A stretch of DNA of 64,000 bases from Verrucomicrobiia bacterium. Lineage in GTDB: Bacteria; Verrucomicrobiota; Verrucomicrobiia; Limisphaerales; UBA11358. The stretch is taken from positions 6,777-70,776 of the forward strand of contig DASTWS010000006.1 in assembly GCA_035776755.1 (NCBI GenBank), in the 5' to 3' direction. The notes under the pieces were generated by a model that saw nothing but the letters and a program-made list of their open reading frames with translations, had not been told where the DNA came from and did no database searches. Below, one piece after another: positions 10,401 through 20,234 of this stretch (positions are counted from its first letter, which is position 1; every line of letters starts with the position of its first letter). The position numbers were made by a program, and so were the translations under genes.

Positions 10401-10979
10401 ACCACCAAAGAAGTCGGCAAAGGCACGGGCCTGGGCCTGGCAACGGTCTATGGAATCGTCAAACAACATCAAGGCTGGCTCGAAGTCGAAAGCACCATCG
10501 GAAAAGGCAGCACGTTCCGCGTTTATATCCCGTTTGTCGGCGAAACCAATGGCGAGGCTGAAAAGCCCACTACGCAATTGACCATCCGCGGCGGCGAAGA
10601 AGCCATTTTGCTCGTGGAAGATGAACGCCCGGTCCGCGAGCTTGTCGCCCGCGTGTTACAGAAATACGGTTACAAAATTTTCCACGCCGGAACCGGCGCC
10701 GAGGCCATGGAAGTCTGGGACCAGCATCGCAACGAAATCCATTTGCTTCTCACCGACCTTGTGATGCCCGGTGAAATGAACGGGCGCGACCTGGCGGAAA
10801 AGCTTTGGGCGGAAACGCCCGAACTCAAAGTCATTTTCACCAGCGGTTACAGCGCGGATATCGTCGGCAAAGATTTCAAGCTCGAACCGGAAGTCAATTT
10901 TCTGCAGAAACCTTATCATCCGCAAACGCTCGCCCTTACCGTTCGCCGCTGCCTGGATGGAAAAACGGCGACCAGTTGA
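7428..10979 (+). CDS. hybrid sensor histidine kinase/response regulator (REC - multiple PAS - GAF - PAS - HisKA - HATPase - REC)
   Basis: N-terminal receiver ([10 protein letters not shown]...[13 protein letters not shown]...K). Repeated PAS-like blocks. H-box [16 protein letters not shown] boxes ([25 protein letters not shown]). C-terminal receiver (ILLVEDE...[14 protein letters not shown]). The true start may be GTG 7467. Confidence 0.85.
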   Translation: MRHVLISWLCPCDVNKHLRILHLEDEPDFAELVRSLFAQDGMAAEVQRVSDRASFEAALHGETFDVIISDYHLPSFTGLEALNIAKEKCPHTPFILVSGTIGEDAAIKSLKAGATDYVLKQHPERLPSAVRRAVQEAQERLKLHEAEMELIRREKYFRALTENSVDVLSVLDPNGVVIYKSPSVKNVLGYESQELTGHSCFKFIHPDDVGKVQEAFESLLNQPANAVTIQYRYLHKDGSWRYLEVMGQNRLSDPHIQGVVVNSRDVTDRWRVAEELRSSEKHYRLLFQANPNPMWVFDLETLQFLEVNEAAIQHYGYTHEEFLNMTIMDIRPPEKNGRRKNPTLDFSDRGVTWRHRRKDGSLIDVEVIWSPMVFHNRFAALTMASDVTERRRVEHRNAIFSKLSHRMSGATTPAEAAMIICDAADGLFIWDDFALDLYSPERDEVFSLLNITTVDGQRVEIPASAQPKAANALVRRVISRGAELLSSVESKDQLASTMLVPIRKGERVIGILFVQNHLPGSYSAQDLEVLQTLADQCGGALERLRHQSELRETEQRFRDLFENSPDAIFVEDMDGTVLDANFAACILNGMTRDQLIGKNAIRDLVPFKSREQAQKMFQQLAAGKLSWAEGESLAADGRVTPVEVRASRIDYAGKPALLLHVRDCSERRATETALQSSEMLFRSVWENSADGMRLTDENGIIVAANDAYSKLVGLTEAELKDKPFTIVYAESEDRETMLAHHREHFAMRQPERKFERRYTLHTGKSVMLQINDSFIEARGQPLLMVSLFRDVTMQRRLEEQLRQSQKMEAIGQLAGGVAHDFNNILTVIHGHASLLLMNNLDDTAARSAQQVVQAAERAAGLTRQLLAFSRRQLIQPKRLDMNKIVGNMSDMLGRLLGEDIALQLNYSASPAIVEADAGMMEQVLLNLAVNARDAMPRGGRLSVRISVVEINEAHVQKHPEARAGKFVCISKSDTGSGIAPENISRIFEPFFTTKEVGKGTGLGLATVYGIVKQHQGWLEVESTIGKGSTFRVYIPFVGETNGEAEKPTTQLTIRGGEEAILLVEDERPVRELVARVLQKYGYKIFHAGTGAEAMEVWDQHRNEIHLLLTDLVMPGEMNGRDLAEKLWAETPELKVIFTSGYSADIVGKDFKLEPEVNFLQKPYHPQTLALTVRRCLDGKTATS

Positions 10980-11033
10980 GTTTTCAATTTTTAGTTTTAA
11001 GTTCCAGCCGGTCAACTTAAACTTGAAACTGAA

Positions 11034-11717
11034 ATGATTATCGCGCCCTCGCTGCTCGCATCGGATTACACGCGCTTCGGCAAAGAAGTCGAACGCGTTT
11101 CCAAATCCGGCGCCGATTGGCTGCACCTGGACATCATGGACGGCCATTTTGTGCCGAACATTTCCTTCGGACCGGCCGTCGTCGCCGCCATCCGTCCGCT
11201 TACGAAAATGTTCTTCGACGTGCATTTGATGTGTTCCCGCCCGGAGATTTTGCTCGAACCGTTCGCTAAAGCCGGCGCGGATGAGATGATTGTCCATGTC
11301 GAACTCGGCGATCGCGTTGACCAATTGATCTGGAAAATCAAACAGCTCGGCAAAAAAGTCGGCCTGGCCATTAATCCACCCACGAACATTTCCGCCGTCG
11401 AGCCGTTCCTGGAAAAAATTGATTTGTTACTGGTGATGACCGTCAATCCCGGCTTTGGCGGACAGGAATTCATTCATGAAACGCTGCCCAAAATCCAGCA
11501 GGCGGAAGCCTGGCGTCGCGAAAAAGGATTGCGCTATCGCATCAGCGTGGACGGCGGAATCAATTTTGGAACCATTGGCGATTGCGCTCACTCGGGCGCG
11601 GACACATTCGTCGCCGGCACGACCGTCTTCAAAACGCGCAGCCTCAAAGCTGCCGTCGCGAAACTGCGCAAAATCGCCCACGCCAACGATCCCGCTTTCG
11701 CAGATTTAAAGGTTTGA
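11034..11717 (+). CDS. rpe: ribulose-phosphate 3-epimerase
   Basis: IAPSLLASDY...LHLDIMDGHFVPNISFG...DVHLM...MTVNPGFGGQEFI...VDGGIN are the canonical Rpe motifs. Confidence 0.9.
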   Translation: MIIAPSLLASDYTRFGKEVERVSKSGADWLHLDIMDGHFVPNISFGPAVVAAIRPLTKMFFDVHLMCSRPEILLEPFAKAGADEMIVHVELGDRVDQLIWKIKQLGKKVGLAINPPTNISAVEPFLEKIDLLLVMTVNPGFGGQEFIHETLPKIQQAEAWRREKGLRYRISVDGGINFGTIGDCAHSGADTFVAGTTVFKTRSLKAAVAKLRKIAHANDPAFADLKV

Positions 11718-11720
11718 ATT

Positions 11721-13148
11721 ATGTCGCAAATCAAATTTGGCACGGACGGCTGGCGCGCGGTCATCGCGGAGGATTTCAATTTCGCAAACGTCGCGCGCGT
11801 CGCCCAGGCTACTGCCGATTTCTGGAAATCTGAAATCGCAAATCCTCAATCAGAAATCTTCCGGCGCAAACCGAAAGCCATCGTCGGCTTTGACCGCCGC
11901 TTTTTCTCCGACCGTTTTGCGCACATTACCACCAAAGTTTTGGCTGCCAACGGATTTGAAGTCATTCTCACGCCGGAACCCACGCCCACGCCGTCCGTTT
12001 CCTTCGCCGTAAAAAATCTTGAGGCGGTCGGCGGCGTGATGATCACCGCCAGCCACAATCCGCCCGTCTTCAACGGTTTTAAATTGAAATCGCACTACGC
12101 CGGTTCCAGCGATTCTGAAACGTGCAAAGCCGTCGAAAGTTTTCTGGATAAAAATCCGGCAAAACAAATCGCAGATCGTAATTCGCAAATGGTAAAGGTG
12201 CAGGACGTTCGCCCGGCGCATTTTGCCGCGTTGAAAAAGCTCGTTGATTTCAAATTGATCGCAAAATCGAAATTGCGGTTCGCGCATGAAGCGTTGTTTG
12301 GCGTCGGCGCCGGTTGCTTTGAGCAAATTCTCGAAGGCACGACCTGCAAAGTCACCACGCTCGACGGCAATCGCGACGTTTTGTTCGGCGGCATCAATCC
12401 CGAACCGATCGTCCAGAATTACGGTCGCAGCCAGAAATTTCTCCGCGCACATCCGCATGACATTTGCCTGGTCACGGATGGCGACGCCGACCGCGTGGGC
12501 GGCATGGACGGTCGTGGCAATTATTTGACCGCGCATCAAATCATTTGCCTGCTGCTGCATCATTTTGTCGAAAACCGGAAACTCACCGGCCGCGTCGTCA
12601 AAGCGCTCACCACGACTTCGATGGTAGATAAAATGTGCGCGGCGTGGAACCTGCCGCTCGTCGAGACCGGCGTCGGCTTCAAATACGTTTGCGCGGAAAT
12701 GCTCAAAGGCGGCGTGCTGCTCGGCGCCGAAGAAAGCGGCGGCATCGGTTTTCCCGGCCATATTCCCGAGCGCGACGGCATCGCCGCCGGCTTGATGCTT
12801 TTGGAGATGCTTGCGACGGAGAAAACTTCCGTGAACAAAATTCTGGCGAAATTGGAAAAGGAATTCGGGCCGCATCGTTATGGCCGGATCGACACGCATT
12901 TCCCGCTGGAAAAACGCGGCGCGCTCATGGAGTTTTTAAAAAATAATCCGCCGGCAAAATTGTTGAAATCGCCGATGACGGAAGTCAAATCCTTCGACGG
13001 CGTGAAATTCGTTGCCAAAGATTCGTCCTGGCTGATGTTGCGCGGTTCCGGCACGGAACCCATTTTGCGCATTTACGCCGAGGCGAAATCGGATGCGGAT
13101 GTCCAAAAATTGCTGAAACTCGGCGTTTCGCTGACGAAACAAATTTAG
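11721..13148 (+). CDS. phosphoglucomutase/phosphomannomutase family protein
   Basis: KFGTDGWRA N-terminus, active-site loop ITASHNPP, Mg loop TDGDADR, and GEESGG sugar-binding loop. Confidence 0.8.
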   Translation: MSQIKFGTDGWRAVIAEDFNFANVARVAQATADFWKSEIANPQSEIFRRKPKAIVGFDRRFFSDRFAHITTKVLAANGFEVILTPEPTPTPSVSFAVKNLEAVGGVMITASHNPPVFNGFKLKSHYAGSSDSETCKAVESFLDKNPAKQIADRNSQMVKVQDVRPAHFAALKKLVDFKLIAKSKLRFAHEALFGVGAGCFEQILEGTTCKVTTLDGNRDVLFGGINPEPIVQNYGRSQKFLRAHPHDICLVTDGDADRVGGMDGRGNYLTAHQIICLLLHHFVENRKLTGRVVKALTTTSMVDKMCAAWNLPLVETGVGFKYVCAEMLKGGVLLGAEESGGIGFPGHIPERDGIAAGLMLLEMLATEKTSVNKILAKLEKEFGPHRYGRIDTHFPLEKRGALMEFLKNNPPAKLLKSPMTEVKSFDGVKFVAKDSSWLMLRGSGTEPILRIYAEAKSDADVQKLLKLGVSLTKQI

Positions 13149-14773
13149 GCTTCAACTTTTTCGCGGACGACTTCGGCTGCGTCTTTGTCTTCGCGCAAGC
13201 CAAGAAAAACCGGCTGGCGCAATTTCGCATCGCGCGTCCATTCGGAAAATTTGATCTGGCAGACCAGTGCGGGTTCAATCCAATGACAGCGTTTCATTTC
13301 GGCTTTCGTCACGCCCGCGCCGTAACGTCCGGCCCGCGATTCCGGCAGATTTATAAACGGGCACTCGTCGCGTGCGATTTTTTTGAATTGAGCGTGCAAA
13401 CTGGACAACAGTTTGGTGTTAAATCCGGTCCCGACTTTGCCGCAGAATTTTAATTTCCGCTTTTCATAAAATCCGACGAGCAACGCTCCAAAATGCGATC
13501 GGCTGCCTTCGGGATCGCTGTAACCGCCGATGATGAATTCCTGTTCGCGATGCAATTTCAATTTGATCCATGCGCCGCTCCGACGGCCCGGCTCGTAAAT
13601 CGAATCCTTGCGCTTCCCGATTAAACCTTCCAGGCCAAGTTTTTCCGCCTGTTTGAGCAACGGTCTTGCATTTGCGCCGAGCGAACTGGAAAAGCGGATC
13701 AAATTGGCACCGCGGGATCGAGTCGGACCGTGGTTTAAAATTGTTTCCAATCGCGCTTTGCGTTCCACGAGCGGTTGATTTTTTAAATCCTCCGCGTTCA
13801 ATTGCAGTAAATCGAAAACGTAAAAGAAAATCGGCGGGCGTTCCTGGCCCAATTCAAATGCCTGAAGCAATTGAAACGAGGAAACTCCTTTTTTATCGAG
13901 CGCAACGATTTCGCCGTCGAGAATCACTTCGTCCGCTTCCAGCGTGGCGACGGCTTCGGCGATTTCCGGGAATTTGTCGTTGAAATCTTTGTTATTCCGC
14001 GAAAGCAATTGAACGCGGTCGCCGCTCTTCAAAGCCAGCGCGCGAAAACCGTCGAATTTGATTTCATAAATCCAATCGCCATGAGAAGGCGGCGACGCGG
14101 CGAGTTTGGCTTTCATCGGCTCGACGAATTTCAAAATCGAAGTTTTTCTTTTGGCGATTTTCCGAATCTTGGCGGCAAAAGATTTTTTCTCTTCGTTCCG
14201 CGGTTTCGATTCCCAGGTGCTTCCGCTTTCGCCGAGTTGCTTCATCGTTTTGCCGGAAAGCGCGGAAGTGTCGTCGGCTTTTACGGAAATCGGCTTCAAG
14301 CTTTCGCCACTTTTAATCAGCAACCAATTTTTTTTGTCGCGCATCCGCGTCAAATGCCAATCGCCGCGGAGTTTTTTTCCGGCGAGCGTGAAATGCAGTT
14401 TGCCCGAATCCAATTCTTTCGACGGCGATTTCGTATCGGTTGAAAAAGTTCCGTGATCCCAAACCATCACCGTGCCGCCGCCGTATTGGCCTTTGGGAAT
14501 CGTGCCTTCAAAATCAACGTAACTCCGCGGATGATCTTCGACTTGCACTGCGAGATGTTTCTCTCCTCTCACGGTGGGAATTCCCCTGGGCACGGCCCAG
14601 GATTTCAAGACGCCGTTCATTTCGAGCCGGAAATCGTAATGCAATCGCGTGGCCGCGTGTTTTTGAATGACAAAACGATTGCCATGGGATTTTCCAATGT
14701 TGGCTTTTGGCTCGGTGGTTTTTTGGAAATCCCGCTTGCGCGAATATTCTTCCAGCGCGAGATCTTTCATCAT
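13145..14773 (-). CDS. ligD: ATP-dependent DNA ligase LigD, two-domain form (3'-phosphoesterase + ligase; no polymerase domain)
   Basis: N-terminal PE domain (RFVIQKHAATRLHYDFRLE...GGGTVMVWD). Ligase motif I YEIKFDGFRAL. 542 aa is too short to include a LigD polymerase module. The start overlaps the ku stop (ATGA). Confidence 0.8.
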   Translation of the reverse strand: MMKDLALEEYSRKRDFQKTTEPKANIGKSHGNRFVIQKHAATRLHYDFRLEMNGVLKSWAVPRGIPTVRGEKHLAVQVEDHPRSYVDFEGTIPKGQYGGGTVMVWDHGTFSTDTKSPSKELDSGKLHFTLAGKKLRGDWHLTRMRDKKNWLLIKSGESLKPISVKADDTSALSGKTMKQLGESGSTWESKPRNEEKKSFAAKIRKIAKRKTSILKFVEPMKAKLAASPPSHGDWIYEIKFDGFRALALKSGDRVQLLSRNNKDFNDKFPEIAEAVATLEADEVILDGEIVALDKKGVSSFQLLQAFELGQERPPIFFYVFDLLQLNAEDLKNQPLVERKARLETILNHGPTRSRGANLIRFSSSLGANARPLLKQAEKLGLEGLIGKRKDSIYEPGRRSGAWIKLKLHREQEFIIGGYSDPEGSRSHFGALLVGFYEKRKLKFCGKVGTGFNTKLLSSLHAQFKKIARDECPFINLPESRAGRYGAGVTKAEMKRCHWIEPALVCQIKFSEWTRDAKLRQPVFLGLREDKDAAEVVREKVEA

Positions 14774-15576
14774 GCGGCTTTCTTCAATTTGGTCCTCGAT
14801 TTGGTCTGCGTTTCTTTGATGCTTTTTTGCAGGACAGAAACCAAATCAATCACGTTCGTCGCCGGGCGCGATTTCTTTGTCTTCGGCAAATCATGTTCGC
14901 CGTGCGCAATTTTTTCCTCGATCAATTTCATCACCGCTTCGCGATAATCATCGTGATACATTTCCGGCGACCATTTGGCCGTCATGCTTCGGATCAATTG
15001 CGTGGCCATGTTCATTTCCGGTTTGCTGGCGCCTTTGGCGGCGGGCGCTTTGAATTCTGAAATCTCGACAAGTTCATCCGGAAAATGCATCAGCTCGAGC
15101 ATCAAACTGTCCTGTTGCGCTTTCACCGCCGCCAGATGTTGCCGCGATTTGATGACGACTTTGGCGATCCCGATCTTTCCCGAATCCGCCAAAGCATCGC
15201 GCAACAAAACGTAAGCTTTGTCGCCGCCTTTTTCGACCTGCATGTAATAAGGTTTGTAAAACAACAGCGGATTGATCTCATCCTGATTGACGAAATTCAT
15301 GATGTCCACCGTTTGCGTCGCTTCGATGTCCACGCGCTGGAAATCTTCGTCCTTGATGACGACAAATCTGCCTTTTTCATATTCGTAACCTTTGACGATT
15401 TGGTCCCAGGGAACTTCCTTCCCGTCGGATTCGGCTACGCGTTTATAGTTGACGGGGCTTAAATCATTGGAACGGAGCAGGCGAAATTTCAATTCTTCGC
15501 GCCGCGTCGCCGCAAAAAGCGAAATCGGGATGGTCACGAGACCGAAGCTGATCGCGCCTTTCCAGATTGCTCGCAT
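14770..15576 (-). CDS. ku: Ku protein (NHEJ DNA end-binding)
   Basis: MRAIWKGAISFGLVTIPISLFAATRRE is the canonical bacterial Ku N-terminus. The track ORF extends to a TTG at 15648; ATG 15576 is preferred. Confidence 0.85.
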   Translation of the reverse strand: MRAIWKGAISFGLVTIPISLFAATRREELKFRLLRSNDLSPVNYKRVAESDGKEVPWDQIVKGYEYEKGRFVVIKDEDFQRVDIEATQTVDIMNFVNQDEINPLLFYKPYYMQVEKGGDKAYVLLRDALADSGKIGIAKVVIKSRQHLAAVKAQQDSLMLELMHFPDELVEISEFKAPAAKGASKPEMNMATQLIRSMTAKWSPEMYHDDYREAVMKLIEEKIAHGEHDLPKTKKSRPATNVIDLVSVLQKSIKETQTKSRTKLKKAA

Positions 15577-15808
15577 AGAAAATTGAAAAACGGAAGGCGA
15601 GCGTTTTTGATCCGGTCTCATGGCGAAGTTCGAAGTGTTGCTTCTCAATTTTCGTCAACTTTCCAAACCATTTTCTCGCCTTCCTGGGTTTCTTTCAGCT
15701 TGAAGCCTGCCACGCGCGGTTTCTAAAAAGCCTTATCTTTATCGGGAAAACCGCTCGCGGCAATTTTTTGAATTTGCAAAAGGACTGGACGCGTTTGCAG
15801 TTTGCATT

Positions 15809-17041
15809 TCAAATCATTCGCGCCATGGATTTACCCGCGATCCAGCCGGTTGTCCACGCCGCCTGGAAATTAAATCCGCCGGTGATGCCATCGATGTCCA
15901 GCAATTCCCCGGCAAAAAACAGGCCGGGACAAATTTTGCTTTCCATCGTTTTGAAATTGACCTCGCTCAATTTCACGCCGCCGCACGTGACGAATTCGTC
16001 TTTGTTCAAACTTTTGCCGCGCACGTGAAATTCCGTGCGCAATAATTGCTGGATCAATTTCAATTGCAGCGCGCGCGGAAATGCCGACCAGCGCGTCTCC
16101 GGCGGAATGCCCGCAGCCAGAACCAATTGTTGCCAGAGCCGCGATGGCAACGGCGCGAGCGGCGAATTGATGATCAATTTCCCGCCTTGCGATTCCCGGC
16201 GTTTTTGAAATTCATTCCCGACCTGTTCCTCCCGCAAATCGCGGAGCCAATTTACATTCAAAATGAATTGATAATCCAACCCATGCAACGCCCGCGCGCC
16301 CCACGCCGACAACCTCAAAATCGCCGGACCGCTCAAACCCCAGTGCGTGATCAACAACGTCCCGCGCTCGCGCAATTTGATTCCCGGAACAAAAACCTCC
16401 GCCGTTTCGACCGAAACGCCGGCCAATTCCCGCAACCACGGCGTTTCGATATGAAACGTGAAAAGCGAAGGCACGGGCGTTTCCAATGTGTGGCCGAGTG
16501 AAACCGCCAATTGTCCCGGCGCGACGGTTCGGCAGCCACCGGTTGCCAACAGTAATTTATCGCCCGATAAAATTTCGCCGCCGGAAAGTGTCAATTCGAA
16601 TTGCCCAGAGGAATTTTTTGCGACGGTTTCAACGCCGCAATTGGTCCTCAAATTGATTTCCATTTTTCGCGCCGCATCCAGCAGGCAATCAATGACCGTC
16701 TGCGACGAATCGGTCGTTGGAAACATTCGTCCGTCCGCTTCTGTTTTTAATTTCACGCCGCGGCGCGCGAACCATTCCACCGTGTCGGACGCCTGGAATT
16801 GTTTGAACGGCGCGATCAATGCCCGCTCGCCGCGTGGATAACGCGCCGCGAATTCCCGTTCGTTGAACAGCGCGTGCGTGACGTTGCAACGCCCGCCGCC
16901 GGAAATCTTTACTTTGTGAAGAGGTCGCGATGTCTTTTCGAGGATGACAATTTTCGCGCGCGGATTTTCTTCGGCGCAGGCCAGCGCGGCGAAAAAGCCG
17001 GCCGCTCCGCCGCCGACGATGACAATGCGCCGTGAATTCAT
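15809..17041 (-). CDS. HI0933/BaiN-family NAD(P)/FAD-dependent flavoprotein
   Basis: GxGxxG at the N-terminus (IVIVGGGAAGFFAA), GGGRCNVTH, and C-terminal FFAGELLDIDGITGGFNFQAAWTTG, which is typical of the family. Confidence 0.75.
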   Translation of the reverse strand: MNSRRIVIVGGGAAGFFAALACAEENPRAKIVILEKTSRPLHKVKISGGGRCNVTHALFNEREFAARYPRGERALIAPFKQFQASDTVEWFARRGVKLKTEADGRMFPTTDSSQTVIDCLLDAARKMEINLRTNCGVETVAKNSSGQFELTLSGGEILSGDKLLLATGGCRTVAPGQLAVSLGHTLETPVPSLFTFHIETPWLRELAGVSVETAEVFVPGIKLRERGTLLITHWGLSGPAILRLSAWGARALHGLDYQFILNVNWLRDLREEQVGNEFQKRRESQGGKLIINSPLAPLPSRLWQQLVLAAGIPPETRWSAFPRALQLKLIQQLLRTEFHVRGKSLNKDEFVTCGGVKLSEVNFKTMESKICPGLFFAGELLDIDGITGGFNFQAAWTTGWIAGKSMARMI

Positions 17042-17101
17042 GGGCCAACGATACCGGTTCCTGCCGACGGGCGAAAGCTTCGCAAATTCCAGGGCGATGA
17101 A

Positions 17102-18076
17102 TCAATGACGCGGCATTATCCGGTCAAAAATTCTACCGAGCCGCGAGGGTTTCTGGTCGAAAATTCTTTTGAAAAAGGAGAGATATGTTCCGTCCGCGAA
17201 TTGCCGCGGGATAACATTGTCGCGAAACGGCGGCGCGCTCCAAATTTTTTGATAAAGTTGGTCGTCTTCATCCACCGCACGGATAAATTCGATGGCTTCT
17301 TCGTCGGACTTGAATTGGTTCACGTTGATGAAGGAATCCGGATTGAAGATCTCTTCGACGCGCGGGTTCCCCCAATAAATCGGAACGCTGCGCGCGACAA
17401 AAGCGTCTGAAAGTTTTTCGGTGGTGTAACCCGGATATGCCGCATTTTCAAATGCCATCGTGAATTTGCAACGGCTTTGAAATCTTTGTTTTTCCAGATA
17501 GCCGCCGCGTTCGTTCGCCTTCGGCAAAGGCGGGCGGTTTTGTTCAACGTTTGCGGGGGCTTCGACGCGTTTGTAATGCGACAATTTTTTGAAAAATTCA
17601 ATCCTTCGTTGCGCCTTTGCGTTGCTGTAAATGAAATTGCAAAAAAATTCTTTTGGCCCGCAAAGTTCGCCGGACTTGCGGATGAGAGAATTCAAGCCAT
17701 CGTTATGATGATAATGGTGCAGGCACATCAGCGGAAAATAAATGTGTCGTGGGTCGTCATTTTCCACCGCCATCGTCAGTCCCCAATGAAAACTTCCCGG
17801 AACGGCAAACCGCCAGCCCAGCGGACTGCCGGTGCGAAAGGGATCGCCTGATTCGCCGCAGAACAGGATTCGTTGCGCGTGCCGGTTGATTTTCTTTGCG
17901 CGGCCGAAAACAGAATAGAAAACAAAATCAGGATTCGAATCCAAAACGAATTCGTAGTGTTTGAGCAGATAAGGAAAGCCGCATAAAAATTCTTGTGGTG
18001 TAAAATCGGGCCAGAAATTGGAAAAATTGAGGCGAATACGCTTTGCGTCCGGGTTGGCCGATTGATTCAGCACCAT
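17102..18076 (-). CDS. glycosyltransferase family 10 (alpha-1,3/4-fucosyltransferase-like)
   Basis: MAFENAAYPGYTTEKLSDAF...IYWG matches the GT10 FxxxFENS..Y.TEK motif. ATG 18076 is preferred over the TTG at 18106. Confidence 0.65.
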   Translation of the reverse strand: MVLNQSANPDAKRIRLNFSNFWPDFTPQEFLCGFPYLLKHYEFVLDSNPDFVFYSVFGRAKKINRHAQRILFCGESGDPFRTGSPLGWRFAVPGSFHWGLTMAVENDDPRHIYFPLMCLHHYHHNDGLNSLIRKSGELCGPKEFFCNFIYSNAKAQRRIEFFKKLSHYKRVEAPANVEQNRPPLPKANERGGYLEKQRFQSRCKFTMAFENAAYPGYTTEKLSDAFVARSVPIYWGNPRVEEIFNPDSFINVNQFKSDEEAIEFIRAVDEDDQLYQKIWSAPPFRDNVIPRQFADGTYLSFFKRIFDQKPSRLGRIFDRIMPRH

Positions 18077-18092
18077 GATCCGAAAGGTTGAA

Positions 18093-18422
18093 TCAACCTC
18101 CCGCAAGACTCAACGTCATTTCATCCACTTGAAGAAATTGCCGGATGGGTAGAGATTGAATCATGAAACAGTCGTCCCAACATACGGACACCGCCAAACG
18201 GAAACGCGGAAGTGGGTCGCTGCCGAAACGGACGCGCCCGGCGCCGTCCAAACTGGCCGAGAAGATCGAGTTCCAGATGCGCAACGGAATGTAGGATCCA
18301 CGCCGCGGTATTGCTTCGGAAATGCCGGCCCAAGCCGGTGACGAATGCGTTGCCTCAAATTTTTCGTAAAAATTGGAGACGATTATTTCTTCGTTTTCCA
18401 TCTCCGGTGCATCCAAATCCAT
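18093..18422 (-). CDS. hypothetical small protein (doubtful)
   Basis: This is the only same-strand ORF filling the 276-bp gap between the acyltransferase and GT10 genes. Codon usage looks like the neighbours. No recognisable domain. An alternative start is at 18401. Confidence 0.3.
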   Translation of the reverse strand: MDLDAPEMENEEIIVSNFYEKFEATHSSPAWAGISEAIPRRGSYIPLRIWNSIFSASLDGAGRVRFGSDPLPRFRLAVSVCWDDCFMIQSLPIRQFLQVDEMTLSLAGG

Positions 18423-19231
18423 TGTTCGGGATGACGCAAAAGCATTTGGCCGAGAGCATTATTGAAATTTTCCGTGTTGCATTTGATCGTCTCATCCTGG
18501 TTTTTACCTTCCACCAGCGGCAGCGGCTCTTCAAACCGCAAAACATGTGTCCCATCGGCATCGCGCCAGCAATCCGCCGGAATCACCGCCGCGCCAGTAT
18601 TCATTGAGAGAACGGCGGGACTTTTGAATGTGCCGGCCGGCGTTCCCAGGAAATTCACCCAAACGCCGTCGCGCCCGCCCGCGTGCTGGTCGAACACGAA
18701 CACGATGCCTTTGCCCGCGCGCAACAGTTTCAGCATCGTGAACAGCGTGCCGCTTTTGCCGATGGATTCCAGGCCGGCGCGCGCGGTGCGGCGGATGACG
18801 TAATCGCCAAACCATTTCGGCCGGATCGGCCGGCGCACGATGTGAAAGACGCCGCGCATTTCCGGATATGCCTGCATCGCCGCGGACATGGCCACTTCCC
18901 AATTCCCGAAATGGCCGGTCAAAAAAACGATTCCTCTCTTTTGTTCGTAAACGCGCAAAACCGCTTCGGCGTTTTCAATGCGCACCATCTTTTTCCGTTT
19001 CTCCGCCGACAGGAACGGGAACGTGATGAAATCTTTTCCGAACCGGAGAAAATGTCCCGAATATGCCTGCGCGAGGTTGACGATTTCTTTTTCCGTCAGC
19101 GCCTTTCCAAAGACGCGCCGCATGTTTTCCAAAACGACCGGGCGCCGATACGGAAACAAATAATAGAACAATTTGCCGAACCACGGCGCCGGGATGTTCC
19201 GCGCGGTTTCAATTTGGGCCGGTGAAAGCAT
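18383..19231 (-). CDS. lipid A late (lauroyl/myristoyl) acyltransferase, LpxL/HtrB family
   Basis: Catalytic-type motif GHFGNWE, family-typical length, and C-terminal PEQWIWMHRRWK. Confidence 0.65.
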   Translation of the reverse strand: MLSPAQIETARNIPAPWFGKLFYYLFPYRRPVVLENMRRVFGKALTEKEIVNLAQAYSGHFLRFGKDFITFPFLSAEKRKKMVRIENAEAVLRVYEQKRGIVFLTGHFGNWEVAMSAAMQAYPEMRGVFHIVRRPIRPKWFGDYVIRRTARAGLESIGKSGTLFTMLKLLRAGKGIVFVFDQHAGGRDGVWVNFLGTPAGTFKSPAVLSMNTGAAVIPADCWRDADGTHVLRFEEPLPLVEGKNQDETIKCNTENFNNALGQMLLRHPEQWIWMHRRWKTKK

Positions 19232-19300
19232 TTCTGAGGATTGTTTACACAAATTACCCGAACAAATACAAACGAATTGCTGAAAATTCGCGACGAGCGC

Positions 19301-20131
19301 TTAATCCACAGCCTTGATTTTCACGGACACATTCATTTTGCGGTTGCGCGTGCCTTTGTAGTTCCCCGAAACCGGTGCGACATCGGCATAATCGCGCCCG
19401 ACGGCGACTTTCACGTAGGTCTCGTCAATTTGCCGATTATGCGTCGGGTCGAGCGCAATCCATCCAATGTCGGGGATCAACACTTCCACCCACGCATGAG
19501 TCGCGCTGGCGATTTCCGTGGCCAAATAGCCGCTGACATAAAGAGCGGGAATTTTTATCGCGCGGCAAAGGCCGAGCATCACGTGTGCGAAATCCTGGCA
19601 GACGCCGCGGCGTTCGCGCAGCACTTCGTTCATGTGCGTGTGAACGGCCGTTGCGCCGGGAACGTATTTGAATTGTGTGAATATGAAATTCATGATCGCC
19701 AGTGCCGCCTGCCAGGTGTCGGCGACATTGGCCGTGATGTCGAGCGCAAGCCGCCACGTTTCCGGCGACAAATCCACATAACGGCTTTCCTGCAAAAAGT
19801 CGAAGACGCGCGGTTCGCGCGCCGCCTCGGCGATCCGCGCGAGCGCAAACGGCTTATCCGCCGGCGCCAGTTGCGCACGCAGTTTTGTCGTCACGCGAAA
19901 ATGGCTTTCCACCAAAAGCGTGGTATGCGGTTCAGGAATCTCGAAATGATGGACCGTGTTGGAATAAAAATCGTGACGATGTTGCAGCCGCGAGGCGGGA
20001 AGAATTTTCAGGAGAAAATTCTCCAGGCGCTGCGATTCGTTCGAAAACGGTTGCAGCCGCACTTCGTTAAAACTTTCACGCACCGGCGAGGCGTAAACGT
20101 ATTCGGTGCGATGTATGATCTCCCATTTCAT
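19301..20131 (-). CDS. transglutaminase family protein (Bact_transglu_N + transglutaminase core)
   Basis: N-terminus MKWEIIHRTEYVYASPV. Catalytic Cys context RRGVCQDFAHVMLGLCRAIKIPALYVSGY, followed by HAWVEV...DPT. Confidence 0.8.
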   Translation of the reverse strand: MKWEIIHRTEYVYASPVRESFNEVRLQPFSNESQRLENFLLKILPASRLQHRHDFYSNTVHHFEIPEPHTTLLVESHFRVTTKLRAQLAPADKPFALARIAEAAREPRVFDFLQESRYVDLSPETWRLALDITANVADTWQAALAIMNFIFTQFKYVPGATAVHTHMNEVLRERRGVCQDFAHVMLGLCRAIKIPALYVSGYLATEIASATHAWVEVLIPDIGWIALDPTHNRQIDETYVKVAVGRDYADVAPVSGNYKGTRNRKMNVSVKIKAVD

Positions 20132-20234
20132 TCAAGGTTTCTTCGTGAAGCGCAGACGATAAAAAAATTTTGTCAGTAAAATCTTTTCTGAAAATTTCAA
20201 TTCAAAACGCGCTGCCACTTACCGATGCCGCGCG

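Noticed and set aside
10980-11033. Short imperfect hairpin (TTTAAGTT-loop-AACTTAAA) and 7-mer periodicity between the histidine kinase gene and rpe
   Set aside because: The stem is only 8 bp and AT-rich with no T-tract. It is too weak to call a terminator or structured RNA.
11850-12899. Long antisense or out-of-frame ORFs inside well-supported genes (also 9744-10577, 22413-23612, 29025-29942, 38148-38954, 54184-55251, 57520-58332 and many shorter ones)
   Set aside because: Each is embedded in a gene with strong family motifs on the other strand or frame. Their products are Arg/Ala/His/Phe-rich and featureless.
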